In this document: piece after piece, positions 1 to 13,842 of the stretch
Layout of the letters: every line of letters begins with the position of its first letter
How positions within the stretch are numbered: the stretch's first letter is position 1
From: Selaginella moellendorffii
Lineage: Eukaryota; Plantae; Lycopodiophyta
Reading direction: 5' to 3'
Assembly: GCF_000143415.4 (NCBI RefSeq)
Contig: NW_003314418.1
Span: 180,271-244,270 of the forward strand
DNA length: 64,000 nt
Translations under genes and position numbers: made by a program
Notes under the pieces: model-generated
The model's input: the letters and a program-made list of their open reading frames with translations, nothing else
Told to the model about the DNA's origin: nothing
Database searches by the model: none

Positions 1-329
1 AGATGAGGCAAACTTGGTTGTGCGTGTGGGCGATCTCGAACTTGAGTTGCAGTCATTGTGGGTGGTGCCAAGTCAAGTTTTTGACTTCATTTTTGGTATG
101 GATTGGTTGTAGTGCAATCATGCTAAGTGTAACTTCGAGGCTTCTCCCCCTTGTCTCATACTTATGTTTCATTCATTCCTCTCACTTCCGTACCTTTTCA
201 TCCCTTTACTTCTACCTCTACTTCCATTAATTTTGTTCCCCCACTATTTCCTTTTATATTTCCATTTTGTTCTGCTCTTCCCTTTTCTGATCCCTCCAAC
301 AATCTTTGTGTTGTAGTGGTTGACCAGCT

Positions 330-3100
330 CATGAAGGAGTATTCTGATCTCTTTGAATTTGACCTATCGTCTGGGGCCAAGATTGCCACATGTCATCTGA
401 TTCCAACCAAGGATGCTCGTCCAATCAAGGTTTCGGTTCGTCGTCGGTCACCCAAGGAGATCAAAATTTTACATGCAAATGTCAAGGAGATGTTAGAGAA
501 GAGTGTTATTTGGAAGTTGCGGAGTCTTTAGGCATATGAACATTATCTTGTGATGAAGCCTGATGGGAGTATTTGTTTCTGCATCGACTATCATCCATTA
601 AACGAAGTGATGATCCCAGATGTGTACCCTCTTCCTCACATTGCTGATCTTTTGGATCATCTAGGGTGAAGTCGCTCATTGGAGCAAGCTAGATCTTGTT
701 TTTGGGTACTGGCAAGTACTAATGGCCGAAGAAGATATTCCTAAAACTGCTTTTCGTACACCATTTGGTTTGTACAAGTTCTTGGTGATGCCATTTGGTT
801 TGAACAATGCTCTAGCAACTTCTAGCGGATGATGGATGAAGTTCTTTGTGATATGCCAGAGGTGGTTGCTGACTTTATTGATGATGTCTTGATCCACTCA
901 GAGGGGATGTGGGAGGAGCACGTTCGTGATGTTTGTAAAGTGTTGGATCGGCTACATAATGTTGGTTTAAAGCTGAAGCAGTTGAAGTGCATATTTGGGT
1001 CCAAGGACACAATTTATCTTGGGTACCATATTTCACGTGAAGGTTTGCAAGTTGATCCTAACAAACTTGTGGCTATTCTAAAGTTCCCTTCTCCGAAGTG
1101 TGTGAATACTCTGCAACGCTTCTTGGGCAAGATGCGGTATCTCGGTCGTTTTGTGGATCATCTTTCTGATCACACTGCACCATTGTGAGCGTTCCTAAAG
1201 TCATTAACATCATCTTTCAACTAGTCTCCAAATTGTGAGCGGGCATTCATGGATCTCAAAGAGCTATTGACGACTCCTCCAATTTTGGCATATCCCAACT
1301 ACACTCAACCATTTATTTTGCGGGTGGATGCTTTTGACATTGGTTTTGGAGGTGTGTTGATGCAAGAGAGCTCAAATGTGCTTAGTCAGCACCATCCCAT
1401 TGCGTATATAAGCTGTACATTACAACCAGTGGAGATGAACTACTCCACTATAGAGAAGGAGTGTTTAGCAGAAGTCTGGGGTTTCAAGAAACTTCATGCA
1501 TATTTACATGGTTCTCGGACATTACTTGAAGGTGACCATGCTGCTGTTACTTCATTATTGAAGCAGAAGAACCTAATTGGTCGTACTACTTGATGTGCTT
1601 TGAAGCTTCAGATATATGATTTTGATGTTGTTCATCATCAAGGGAGTTCTATGGCTGATGCTGATGCCCTTTTTTGAACTCCTCTTCTTTCTCCACTCTC
1701 TTTTCACATTTCTAACAAGCTTGTTATTCCAGCATCTATGGATTTTCTAGATGAGGATTATATGCCGTCAACGATTGTTGTATTTGACATTCAGTGTCCA
1801 CAAGGCGCAAAGCAAGATCTACCTTCTCTTGATAAGGTTTATGAGGTTCAAAAGATTGAGCCGTGGATTCGAAGGCTTTGAGATGGGTTTGAGAATCCTG
1901 CATCACTTGCTAATGACTTGCCTTTTTGGCATTTACATTCTCAATATCGCCTTGAAAATGGCCTTCTTTATTTTTTAGGGACTAATACTGATGATCATTT
2001 ACGGCTGGTGGTGCCTTTTGTTTTTATTCCACGGTTTCTCTATGCCTACCATGATTCTCCTATTTTAGGTGGGCATATGGGATATTGTCATGTAACCAAG
2101 AAACTACACAGGTCTTTCTATTAGCCGGAGATGCGACGTGATATTATCTGGTATATGCATAGCTGCATTTGGTGCCAAGCTCGTAATACTCCCCATCGTG
2201 CTACAGAAGGACGGTTCGAGTTAATTTCAGTTTCCTGTTCATTTGAGTTGTGGCGTTTAATCTTATGTGACCTTTTCCACAATTGACTGCTGGCAATGAG
2301 TATGTTATTATTTCTTCTAACTACTTGACTTGTTAGGTGGAAGTTGGTGCTCTTGCTAGCGCCTCTGCAATTGTTGTTGGATACTTCCTCCTCAATCGAG
2401 TGGTGTTCCAACATTTTTGTTTAGAGTGGATTCTTTCGGATAATGGTCCTGCATTTATGGCTGAGGCATTTCATGTTTTGACATCTCGGTTGGGGATGTG
2501 CCACACTTTTATGAGTGCTTATCATTCACAATCAGACGATCTAGTGGAATGGCTCGTTCGGACGTTCAAAGGGATGATCGCGAAGTATGTGAACTTTCAA
2601 TATTCAGATTGGGATGGTTATTTGCCGTCTCTTCGATATGCATATATTATAGGGGTGCAGAGTTTTATTGATGCTTCACCATATAAACTCTTATATAGTC
2701 ATGATCCAGTATTAACAATGGAGCTGGGTCTACCTTCACGAGTGCCACGAGCTGCCGATGCTAGGTCTTGGGATCAGTATTTGACAAGCATCCTTCCACT
2801 TGTTTAAGAAGAGTCCACCGAACACTTAGGCCATGTACAGGTCAGACAACAACAGTGCTACAACTCCCATCATCATCCACCTGCAAAGTACAAAGTGGAT
2901 GACTTGGTGTTGGTTTGTTTTCCCCACCTTACAGTACATGGTTTATCTCAGGGGCTCCTTGCTCAGTGAAAAGGACCGTATTGGCTGTTGCAGCAAGTGG
3001 AACTACAAGTTTATGAGGTTTGGCATAATGTCTAGTAGGCTGATCCTCTAGAGATTGTGCATGTGCAGCAATTGAAACACTTTATACAAAGGGATTAGGA
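330..3100 (+). mobile_element. Degenerate Ty3/gypsy retrotransposon pol (RT-RNaseH-integrase)
   Basis: Fragmented ORFs with RT motifs ([31 protein letters not shown]), RNase H (LRVDAFDIGFGGVLMQ, NYSTIEKECLA), integrase HHCC (YHDSPILGGHMG...CIWCQ) and core (ILSDNGPAF). Order RT-RH-INT; many stops and frameshifts. Confidence 0.93.
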
Positions 3101-3163
3101 GCAGATAATACCACCTACAGATTCGCCAATGCCTTCTCCTGATGTTCCTCTAGATTCCGGCCC

Positions 3164-6100
3164 ATCTGTCACTGCATGCACTTAACTATAGGTAGTCTTC
3201 AGTTCTTCAATATAATCTACTAGCTAAAAGATATCGATACACTCAATATACAAAAATAAACCACACTCTACACAAATTAAATAAAAAATGCTCTTCATGG
3301 GGCAATGCGGCCAGAAGCCTCAGGGCACCAGTTTCATGCAGAACACTTTCGCAAATGACTCTCGCCCGGGGCCCATGCACAGGAGTCCTCATGCGGTGGT
3401 GAAACCTCACAAGGCCTCACGTACTTATATTCACCTTGGGCTTCTGGCTGCTCTGCAACATACCTTACCACACCAAACTCTTCGCACATGAAGCCATACA
3501 TGGAGGAAAAAACCACGTGAGGCGTCACGTGCTTACATTCAGTCCTTATATGTGTTCTTGGCCTCGCTCAGTTCATCTCCTTTGTTGTCCACCTGCGCTT
3601 CTTTACTTCATGTTTTTGCTTGCATGCTTCGATTGACATCTTCAGATTTTCAAGTGAACGATTGTGGCATACCGTGGCTACGTTTTTTGGCAGATCTTGG
3701 AGGTGCTGAAAGTGGCATTAAGTTCGTGGAAGATTGATCTTGATTTGGATTGTATGGATCTCTATAAATTTTGAAACTTGAGTTTATTTTTCTTCTTTTT
3801 CTTCTGTGTTGCCAAAATAACTGGTGTCAAACTTGCTTTTGCAGACTATCTCTAGTACTTCTGGATGTGATCAAGGCCTGCTGCTCATTGCTTCAAAGGA
3901 GGAGATGATAATTGATCCCCAAAGAGCGAGCTCGATGGTTTTGTTGCTTCCATCAAGTTATCGTTCCGCTGCAATCTGAAACACCACATCGTCCACTGTA
4001 CTTTCACAGGTTTCGAGACAGGTACCTGGGAAAGGTGTATTCCATTGTTGTTCCTCAGGAGCTGGACTTGTTTTGCCGCCTCAAGTGTGAGCTGATCAAG
4101 ATGAGGGAGAAGCTTGCAATGGTGGAGGCGTGGGATTGAGCAAGGTTGCAGATGCAGTATGAAGATGATTTCTTCTACAACTATGATGAGTGGGACAGCT
4201 TTGTGGATCTTTCCACATTGAGAACATTGAGCAGAGAGTGTTGTAGCATAAGTTATCTCCTGGAGAAATGGTCCTGGCTCAAGGAGCAGTTTGCACGCAT
4301 CCGCACGTCAAGATTGTTGGAGAGCTCAACTGGAAGATGGAAAAAGGCCAAGGTGACTCATGGGGTTTCAAAACCTTCACTCGGCTTGGTAAGGTTTGTG
4401 AGTTTGAAGAGACAATCGCAAAAAGAAAAAAAGGGGGGGACATCTAGACGTGAAGCGTGCTAGCTCTCCTGAATGGCTTCAAAGAGGTGAGGTGTCTTAA
4501 AGAGGAGATGATAGAGCTGAGCATGGAGCTGAACTTGGCTTGTGCTCCTTCTTGTAAGAGCTAACTAGCTAGCAAAAACAGAGGAGACGGTTAAGAGGAT
4601 GCCTCTTGAACTCCAAGAGAACAACAGACCTTTTTTCTTAAAGGGGGGAGAAGCTGCTAGCAGCTCAGAAGTGGGAGCGGTGGAGCAAGAGGTTAGGGCT
4701 GATGTCATCCCTGTGCGCCAAGACTGCTGGGTGGTTCGGAGCTTGGTTAAAGTAGGCAACCGGGTGGAGGCAGGGGGTTGGGAGCAATCCGAGGCTTGAG
4801 GTATGACTTGTCTTTTCTACCTGGTGGAACTCCATCCGAGCATTCCTACTTCCCTCTTTTAAGCTGCTACATCACGTTTTTACTCTTAGCTCGTGTTAAC
4901 TCTTAACTCACATTTATACTCTAATTTCACAATAACTCGCATTTTCACTCTAATTAATTCTTTTTTTTCCTTCCTCTAACTTACCTGGGCCATAAAACTT
5001 ACTCCCTCATATCCCTAAACCTCAGGATCATATGGAGCATATAAAAAACGTGATGAACACCTCTCACTCTTGATCTTGTGGGATTCATAATATGATAACA
5101 CCTCACTCCTACTCTTGTGGGCTCCATAAATACACATTAAAAATTGTTAATTTATTATTATTAAAAAGTTAGTGTATTCCAATCTTGTTGAGTTTATCTA
5201 TATCTACCATAGAATATATGGTAGAATCCTCATCAATCCGTTCACACACAATATCGAGCTAACCGCTTCACATGGATCTTCTCTTGATGTTGTGCATTGA
5301 GTGTCACCACATTTGTGGACCAACTTGTTGGACGATGTGATAAGGACTTATGCAGCAAAAACCTTGGATCTGCAACACCTGATCACCAACACTTGATCAC
5401 CAACAACTTATGTAGAAACTTTAGAAACTCCAGCAGGTGCAAAGTCCGGGCAAAAGTAGAGTGGAATTCAGTTATTCGGAATGTGCCACACCCAGGAATT
5501 CAATCCAAAGCTCTTCTCTTCAAAGTTCTTGTGTCAGGTTTATATCCACGAAACCAGAGCTGGCACCTCCTCTTCAGAGCTCAGCTGTAGAAGATCTTGC
5601 CTAGACAGGGTGGTAACTAGAAACAAGGAATCGATTGGCACTGCTCCTCTCAACACAAAGAAGGTCCAGGATGGAATAGCAAAAGAGATGTTGAAGATAT
5701 GGAAGTCACTCCTACCCAGGTTATGTCAGAAAGAACCAGACCATCTGACAGAGGCATTAGCTGATCGCTTGTTCTTCAATGTAGCGCATAAGAACAGTAA
5801 TCAACAGTATATAGGTGACTGTTCAGCTCCAGCCTTGGGTAGAGGTCTTTGGCCTAGGTGGCATAGGAATGTGGGAGCTTCAAAGACTTATTGGATCTAC
5901 AAAGAGCTAGCAAGCCATCATGTACAGCAAAGTTCTTGTTGGGATCTTATTTTTCTTCCTCAGCAGTGGACAAGGCATGATACAATGAAAAAGGTAAAGT
6001 CAGGTATTTGTTTAACGTTCACTTGGAGCAAACCCTGCTCATTGGATGGCCTCATGACAACCCACTACAACCCAGGATGAAAACTCCACATCAAAGCTTA

Positions 6101-6471
6101 AGGCAGCATCGCTTGTGATTGCCTTCTTCTTGCTTTACAAACTGAAGTTATCGAGGTTTGTGATTGGATAATGCTTGATGGTGCTGAGACTCAAATCATC
6201 TTTGTTATGGAAACAACCCCATCACCTCAAGGTATTGTTTTTTATCCCTATAACAGTGGTGCACTGTTTCCATGTATAATTCCTGAGGAGGTCCTAGTTC
6301 CCAGGATGGCCTTCGGTAAAAGGATCAGGACAATACATCAGAGAGGGAAATACACTGAACTGGATCCTAAGGTTCAACTGGGAGAATGCTCTGCAATACA
6401 CTAGTTTGGGGAGTACCTAAATCTGATCTTATATAGGATTTGGCTCAGTTATCCTGGGAAGGTAATGAGTT
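3164..6471 (+). repeat. Segmental duplication 'X', copy 1 (direct copy of 53550-57023; partly inverted at 44044-45230)
   Basis: Near-identical sequence and matching ORF sets (3912/44040/54457, 4599/55161, 5481/56050, 6171/56723). Confidence 0.95.
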
Positions 6472-6610
6472 TTGTCGGTGTTATGTTCCAGGTGAAGTTC
6501 ACTGAAAAATAATTTAAGGAAGAAAACCAACTTACTATCAATCTTGTGAGACATTGCAAATTCCCTCTTGAACTTGTAGCCTCCCTTAGTACCAGGAGTT
6601 GGTCTCTGGG

Positions 6611-7751
6611 TGTAGCGCACGTGGTTTTGACCCTTTATCCTATGGTGATTTACCATAGGATAACACCATGAAGCGGAATCTAAACCCTCTTTGTGCCACG
6701 TGACAGATGCCACGTTTCCATGCCATGTGTCCATAGGAACCCGAGATTCAGGGCCTTGGGCCAATGAACGAAAGAACGGTGCCAAACTCCCAAGCATGGA
6801 GCCAAGGAGTGATGGAACTGAACCACGAAGCAACTCCCGAGCATAAAGCCCAAGGAGCGAAGGGATAGGAGCCCGGAGCGACTTGGAACAGTCCTAGAGT
6901 AACCAGCATCCCAATGCCAGGACCAGCATGCAAAACGAAGCCAAACGGAGTCTGGCGCTATTTTGGCATACCGGTGGCTTAACATGAGGATATGGGTACT
7001 CCACCAGCTAGCATGGAATGGAACTTGGGTTTAGACCCAAGCTGAACGCAGAACAAGGACAGGCACGCAAGCGGGAGCTAAATTATGCCTCAAGTTGGTT
7101 GGCCATACTTGACCTACCCACTATCCCTACTATACATTTGAAACCCCCCACAGCCCCCCCCTGCCCCCCCCCCGAGGAACACACGCTTTGGGCTTTCACC
7201 CCAAGCCTCCCTTAGTATCAGGAGTTAGTCTCTGGGACAAGCTTGAAACTTACTAAATATAGAATGTCTTTAGATTGCGAATTTGGACACGGGACGAACA
7301 CCATTGTGTTTAGGACAATCTCTACATTCCGTAGATATGCCAAATGAGTAAATCTGGACACTTTCCATAAATAGCATTTGGGACCAAAATGAGACTAACA
7401 CAAAGGGCATGATAGCGAGGGTGTTTGGCAGACACGGTAAGCTATCATGTAGCAATATTGAGGGACTAATCTCAATACGCGAGGGTTCTTGTCAAGCTAG
7501 TGCAAGACAGAGCAAAAGAGAACTAACAAGCCAGGCCAAATATGCTTAGCTAAATAGACACTTAGGAATTCCTTCCTTATGCTCATTCGGCTAAGTACAG
7601 ATGTTAAGCCTAATTTACTAACACTTGGACAAGAGGGGCTAATAAAGGGAATCAGCAGTACCAACCTCCTGCCATCGTGGCAGTAAAGAAAGAGTGTCCA
7701 TAAAGATTTGCCAATAAGTATCTTTCAATACCCAAAGTCACATTCATGACA
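6611..7751 (-). mobile_element. LTR, family B (3' LTR, with PPT at 7752-7767)
   Basis: TG...CA ends; reverse complement of the LTRs at 29019-30148 and 34982-36076; adjacent ctctcccccc is the reverse complement of a polypurine tract. Confidence 0.9.
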
Positions 7752-8342
7752 CTCTCCCCCCTTAAGGAAGATCGATGTCCTTGTTGATGCATACCCGAAA
7801 CAACTCCAAAAGTTAATAGAAAGCACACTATGTGGGAAACACACCAACTTAAATGAGTTATGGAGTGACCTCTCCTCTACGTCCAAAGACGTTAAGACTC
7901 AAACACCCTCCGACCGTCACCAACAAAGAAATGACTAACAAAGTTAACCACCCTTGCTGCTCTAAGTACCACTTGGCTTACAAAGGAATGATACATCCTT
8001 GCCCACAGGGACATAGGGAAAAGGCCAGAGGCCCAACTTAGGGTTATGTAAACAGCTTACTTTGCCAGTTTATAATAGTTGTCTAAATCTTCCTGACGGG
8101 GTTGATTTCTTGCTCAGGCCTTTTTGAAAGTGAGTCATCGAGAGAGAGGTAGGGACTTGTGATCAGTTTATAATAGTTATCCCGATGGTTATGGATTGGA
8201 CCATGCACCGAAGTGCCGAAGTCAACCTGCCAAAACTGACCCAAGTAGTAACGAACGAGAGAAACGACAGTTTGATTTATAAAAATATATTACTTTATTA
8301 ATTTGCAAGATTTATTACAAGATTTACAAAATCTAAGCTTTA

Positions 8343-11300
8343 TTACAATTCTCATACTCCATGACAAGCTCACAAGCATGTGTAAGATTCCTAATAGGCT
8401 CCTAAGTTGATTCACAAGATGGGTAATCTTTCCACTTAACTAGATACTCTCAATGTTTGGCACGTTTAAGCCAGCATGTACCCAAAATAGCTTCCACTTC
8501 ATATTCAGGTTCACCATCCACAACTTCTAGTGGTGGACAAATCTCCGCTTGACATGCATCATCTATAGTGTATGGAGCCAAGAGATTAGCATGAAATACA
8601 TTATGATCATTGGACATCTCCACAGGAAGATCCAACTGATAGGATATATTACCAATGCGCCTCAACACCTGATAAGGTCCAACATATCTCGGTAACAGCT
8701 TCCGAGATAAAGATCCCTTAATGTTCAAGTTCCGGGAAGATAGCCACACCTAATCTCCCACTTGATAGGATACATCCCGATGATGCTGATCCTTATCATG
8801 TCGATACCTATCCTGAGCTTTGCCAATCACCTTAGTAGCCCTAGACCAACCTTGGTGTAGCTGCTCTACATAAGTCTCAACAGCCAGGACCAACACTTCG
8901 GACATTGGTTTCGGTACAACAATCTGTTGAGGAACCCCACGAGCATTCCCTTGCAGCATCTCCCATGGAGAATAGCCTATAGCGCTGTGAAATGTGTTGT
9001 TATAACAGATTTCTACTGTGTCTAAATGCTCAACCCAGTCGTGTTGGTCCGCCACGACAAAGTACTACAGAGAATCCTCAACTTGAGCATTCATGCATTC
9101 AGTCTACCCATCAGTTTGAGGATGATAAGCCATACTAAACTTCAACTTGGTACCAAAAAACTGGAACAGTGTGCCCCAAAACTTCCCCGTAAACCTCGAA
9201 TCTCTATCCGAGATCATCTCTTTAGGAAGACCACGAACCTGCAGTACTTCATGGAAAAAGAGCTTTGCTACTTATTTCGCATTCACTGTTCCCACAGTTG
9301 GAATAAAGTGTGCATTCTTTGACAATCGATCCACAACCACCATCAAAGTATCATAACTTTTAGATTTCGGCAAACAAGTGACAAAATCAAGTGTCACACT
9401 TTGAAATGGCCATGCCAGTGCTGGAATGCATTGCAACTTTCCAACCTGCTTCTCAGCTCTGCGCTTACATTGCTGGCATATAGGGCAAGAATGACATAGT
9501 CCGCTACATCACCTTCCATACCAGACCAAAAAATCCCTTTTTCAACGAAGCTAGAGTCTTTCGCTGTCCACCATGTCCCACTGCTGGAACATCATGATGT
9601 TCCTGTAGAAAAAACTGTTGCAGATCCTTAGAGGGAAGATACAATCTTTTCTTGCTTATAGAATATATGCCCATCCTGAACTGAGTAGTGAAGCTTCACA
9701 TTGGTTCGACTAGCAACTTTCACTGCTTTGCTACTAGGGTTCTGCTTCGACAACTCTGCCCGGTGTAAGATTGCTTTCACCAATGGATCACTTCCATACG
9801 AAGCCCAAACATCCTCTAACTAGTCCAAACTGATTGCTGATATTGCCCAGAATTGAGCCTGAGTCTTTATTAGGTTTATATATGGTTTCAATATCATATC
9901 TAACAAGATTCTCTTGCCAATGAGCCTACTTCAGCGTAAGCTTAGGCTATGTAGCAAAATAGCTCAATGTGTTACTATTTGTATAAACGTTGGTATGTCC
10001 ACCCAAGTAATGTCTCCAGTGTTCCAAGGCCAACAATATAGCAAACATCTCTTTCTCATGTGTTGGCCATCTTCATTGAGTTTCATCCAATTTCTTGGAA
10101 CAGAACACAACAAGACAACCATGTCGCCTTAGTGTAACACCAACCCCTTTGTCACAATCCTGCTGCAACACGGCACTAATAGCATAGCTTGATGCATCAC
10201 AATGCACTTCGAAGGGTTTATCAAGATCTGGGATCCTAAGAACAGGAACCGTAGTCAATATCTCCTTCAATCATACAAAAGCACACTGACAAGCTAGTGT
10301 CCAATGAAACAGAATACTACTCTTCATCAACTCAGTCAATGGAAGAGCAATTCTTGCAAAAATGTGGACAAACTTACAATAGTATCCCGCCAAACTGAGA
10401 AAGGAACGAACATCTGATACAGTGGTCGGGACTTCCCAGGATCTCACTGCTTCCACCTTCTTTGGATCGACCTCAATTATGCCACCACCAACTATATGTT
10501 CGAGAAAGTTTATGCGCAATTGTCCAAAAGTGCATTTACTTTCCTTAGCATACAGTTTGTGTTCGTGCAACTTCTAAAACACCAACTCCAAGTGTTTCAA
10601 ATGATTCTCCAACATTTCACGTAAGACTAGAATATTGTCGATATACAGGACAAAAAATGCATCCAAATAATCTCCGAATATTCTATCCATCATAGTGCTG
10701 AACGTTGCTGGAGCATTGCATAACCCGAACGGCATGACAAGGAACTCATAAGATCTGTACTGAGTCTTAAAGGCTGTCTTCTCTACATCCTGATCCGCCA
10801 CCCGTATCTGATGATACCCGGACCGCAAATCAAGTCGCGTAAAATACTTAGCCTTTAAGAGTTGGTCAAACAAGTTATCAATGCGAAGTAAAGGATAACT
10901 ATTCTTGAATGTGATTTTGTTGAGTGCCTGATAGTCGATACACATCCTCATTGTTCCATCCTTTTTCATAACAAAAAGGAAGGGCGTTCCATAAGGTGAC
11001 TTGCTTGGTTGGATATGACTTTTGTCAAGAAGCTCTGTGAGTTGCTTCTTGAGTTCAGCCATCTCTTTGATGTTCAATCGATATGGAGCTTTTGTAGGTG
11101 GTTTAGAACCCAGAATAACCTCAATTCGATGATCAACCTCACAGCTAAGAGGTAGCCTTGGCAGCAAATCCTTCGGGAAGATATCCTGATTCCTCACCAA
11201 CAACTTCAATATCTTCTTTGGTACAGAATCAACCCCGTCGCTGATTCAAATTGAGCCACCAACACTCTCAACTTCCATCACTTGAACCCAAAAGGTCTAG

Positions 11301-12677
11301 CATCTCTTCCTAGCTACTTTTTGAGCAGCCCTCGCAGTCAGGAACTTTGCATCCCAATCCTTTGAGGAACACTTTTGCAACTGGAAAGACACATCGGGAC
11401 GTCCTTTGGACTTCAACGTAATATGACTTTGTCCAGCACCATAAATCCCTTTAATATATTTGTTAAAGAAATCCATACCAAACACCATCTGAAAATCTAG
11501 TATCTTCAACACTACCAAGTCCACTCTTTCTTTCCACTTGGATATTTTTATTAGAATATCACTCACAAATTTTCTGGCTACTTGCCCACCTTCTGCAAAC
11601 TGAAAGTGCATAGGCGACATTTGCTTAGCTTTCAATCCTAACAACTTAACTAAGTCTTCGGATATCAGACTGTGTGTAGCTCCCGTATTAATCATCACTC
11701 GGATTCAATGTTCACGGACAAAGCCTACTAGATACACCAACGGATCAGTGTTTGTATTGACTGTGAGAAAAATTTGAGGAAAGCAACAAAAGTAACTCAC
11801 CCCTTCTTCCTCATACTCTACATTGACCAATTCGTTAACCCCTTCAGCTTCACCACCACCGTCTTCCCTCATGACATTAACATAAGACCTTATTTTATGC
11901 TTGTTGGGACATTCCGAGGACCTATGTCCTAACTCTCCACAATGGAAGCAATGACCCACACTACCTATTCCATTAGGAGTAGGTTTTGCAAGTTGCTGCT
12001 ACTTGTACCCACCAGGAGGAGGAATAGAGGGCCTAGGACCAAAAGAAGTTGCTGGTGGTCTCCAACCACCACCACCTTTGTTAACCATTGCTTGTGAGGC
12101 TCTAGGGCAAAACCTGCCTTCCACCCTCTGTTTCCGGTCACCTTATTTGTTCCTAGAATTTTTATTCTTATCCGAGTTACCAGCATATAGTTGCTGATAT
12201 TGTTCCATGAGTAAGTGACTAAAGGCAACTTGCTGCGCTGCCTCCTTACACTCCAAGTATGTCTTCGGCTTAAACTTCAAAATCTCATTGTAAGAAAGAG
12301 AAGTTAAACCCTCTAGAAAATAACTCCGAGCATCTTCGTCACTCATATTTGCAATCATAATGCACTTATGAGCAAACACATTAACGTAATGCATAAGATC
12401 CCCTCGTTGCTTTAACCGCCGCAGCTCTTTGTGAAGTCTTAGACCAAGATCATCCGGCAAGTATTCCTTATGGATACGAGACCGCATCTTGGTCCAACTT
12501 CTAGTCTGCTCTTTTTCAGCACACACCTGGCACCACCAAGTTTTGGCATGATTAGTGAGATTGCACGCACGCAACTTTTATACGATCATCTATATCTGCC
12601 ACTATGAAATAATTTTCCATATCTTAAACCTAGTCTTCCAAAACTTGATAGTCCCTCATGCCTCTGAAGTTGGGTGG
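8343..12677 (-). mobile_element. Chromovirus (Ty3/gypsy) gag-pol, degenerate; 3' part
   Basis: Gag (AKTWW, 12143-12574), zinc knuckle CFHCGELGHRSSEC, protease (INTGATHSLI), RT (10574-11209: [16 protein letters not shown]), RNase H (EVHCDASSYAI), integrase (LLPRYVGPY) and chromodomain (EYEVEAIL...YLVKWKDY). Confidence 0.95.
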
Positions 12678-13804
12678 TGTAAGCGACTAAATTTTCCATT
12701 CTACTTTAGTCACTTAACCACACCTCTGACCACTTGGAGGAGTCTCATTCACAACCTCCATAAGTCCAATCCAGGACTTGGGACTTGCTAGCCCCGAGAA
12801 TGGCATCCATGCCACTCAACATTTGCACTTGGTCCAAGTGCTCCACGTGTCCGATCCCATGACCGACACTCAAAGGTACCACCGACATAGCAGCCCGTTA
12901 CGCTAAGGCCATGCCCAATCACCTTTGCCACACTGGTAGTCCAATACCACTTGCATCACCGTCTTGGCTCTCCAAGACTAGGCAAACCATCCGTGAGTGG
13001 TCATCTCGGATCCACTCCTTAGCATCCTTAGGATGCCCACCGACAAAGGGAATAGCCTTCCCCAATATCCCTCTGTCAATCCCCACTAAGTCCCTTTCTA
13101 CCCCTAGCCGTGTTTGCCAACACTGCCACTGGATCGAGACCCACAGGCCCGACCACTAAGTCCCACGGTCCTCTGGGACTTCCTCACCACACGACTGTGT
13201 CCTTGGTCACTACCCCAGAGGACTGCTCCTCTTCCTTTCCATAGTCTGGGCCTTTGGGACAACATTTCGGAACACCATGGCCTTACGCGAGCCACCTGGG
13301 TACTCTCCCCTCGCCTTCTGCCCTTGGGTGCTCTAGCCATGGGCTTAGAGCGGGTTCCGTTGAGCCACACCAGGTATCCAAGTAGGTAGTGCCACCCACA
13401 CTTGGACTGGGAGCATCGGCCAATCGATCTCCCGGGGGAACTAGAGCCGGCTCTTGAACACTTCACCAAGCTACCCTGCTTGTCGGTCTGTGTTCACTCT
13501 AGTCTTGGACTTCCCAGTGGGCAGCTCATCACCCAACACTGGGTCCGGCCTTCCTGGGCCAAACTGGCCTTTCCTGGCCAAACTGGCTCCACTGCAGTCC
13601 TCCCCCTACTATACTTTTGGAGCTCACCAAACCCCCCAGGGTCTGGGAGACGAACGCTTTGGGCTTTCACCCTCTCAGACTCGAACTCAGACTCGGACTC
13701 GGACTCGGACTCGGACTCGGACTCGGACTCGGACTCGGACTCGGACTCGGACTCGGTCTCGGGCTCGGTCTCGGCCTCGGCCTCGGTCTCGTTCTCGGTC
13801 CCGA

Positions 13805-13842
<38 letters not shown>

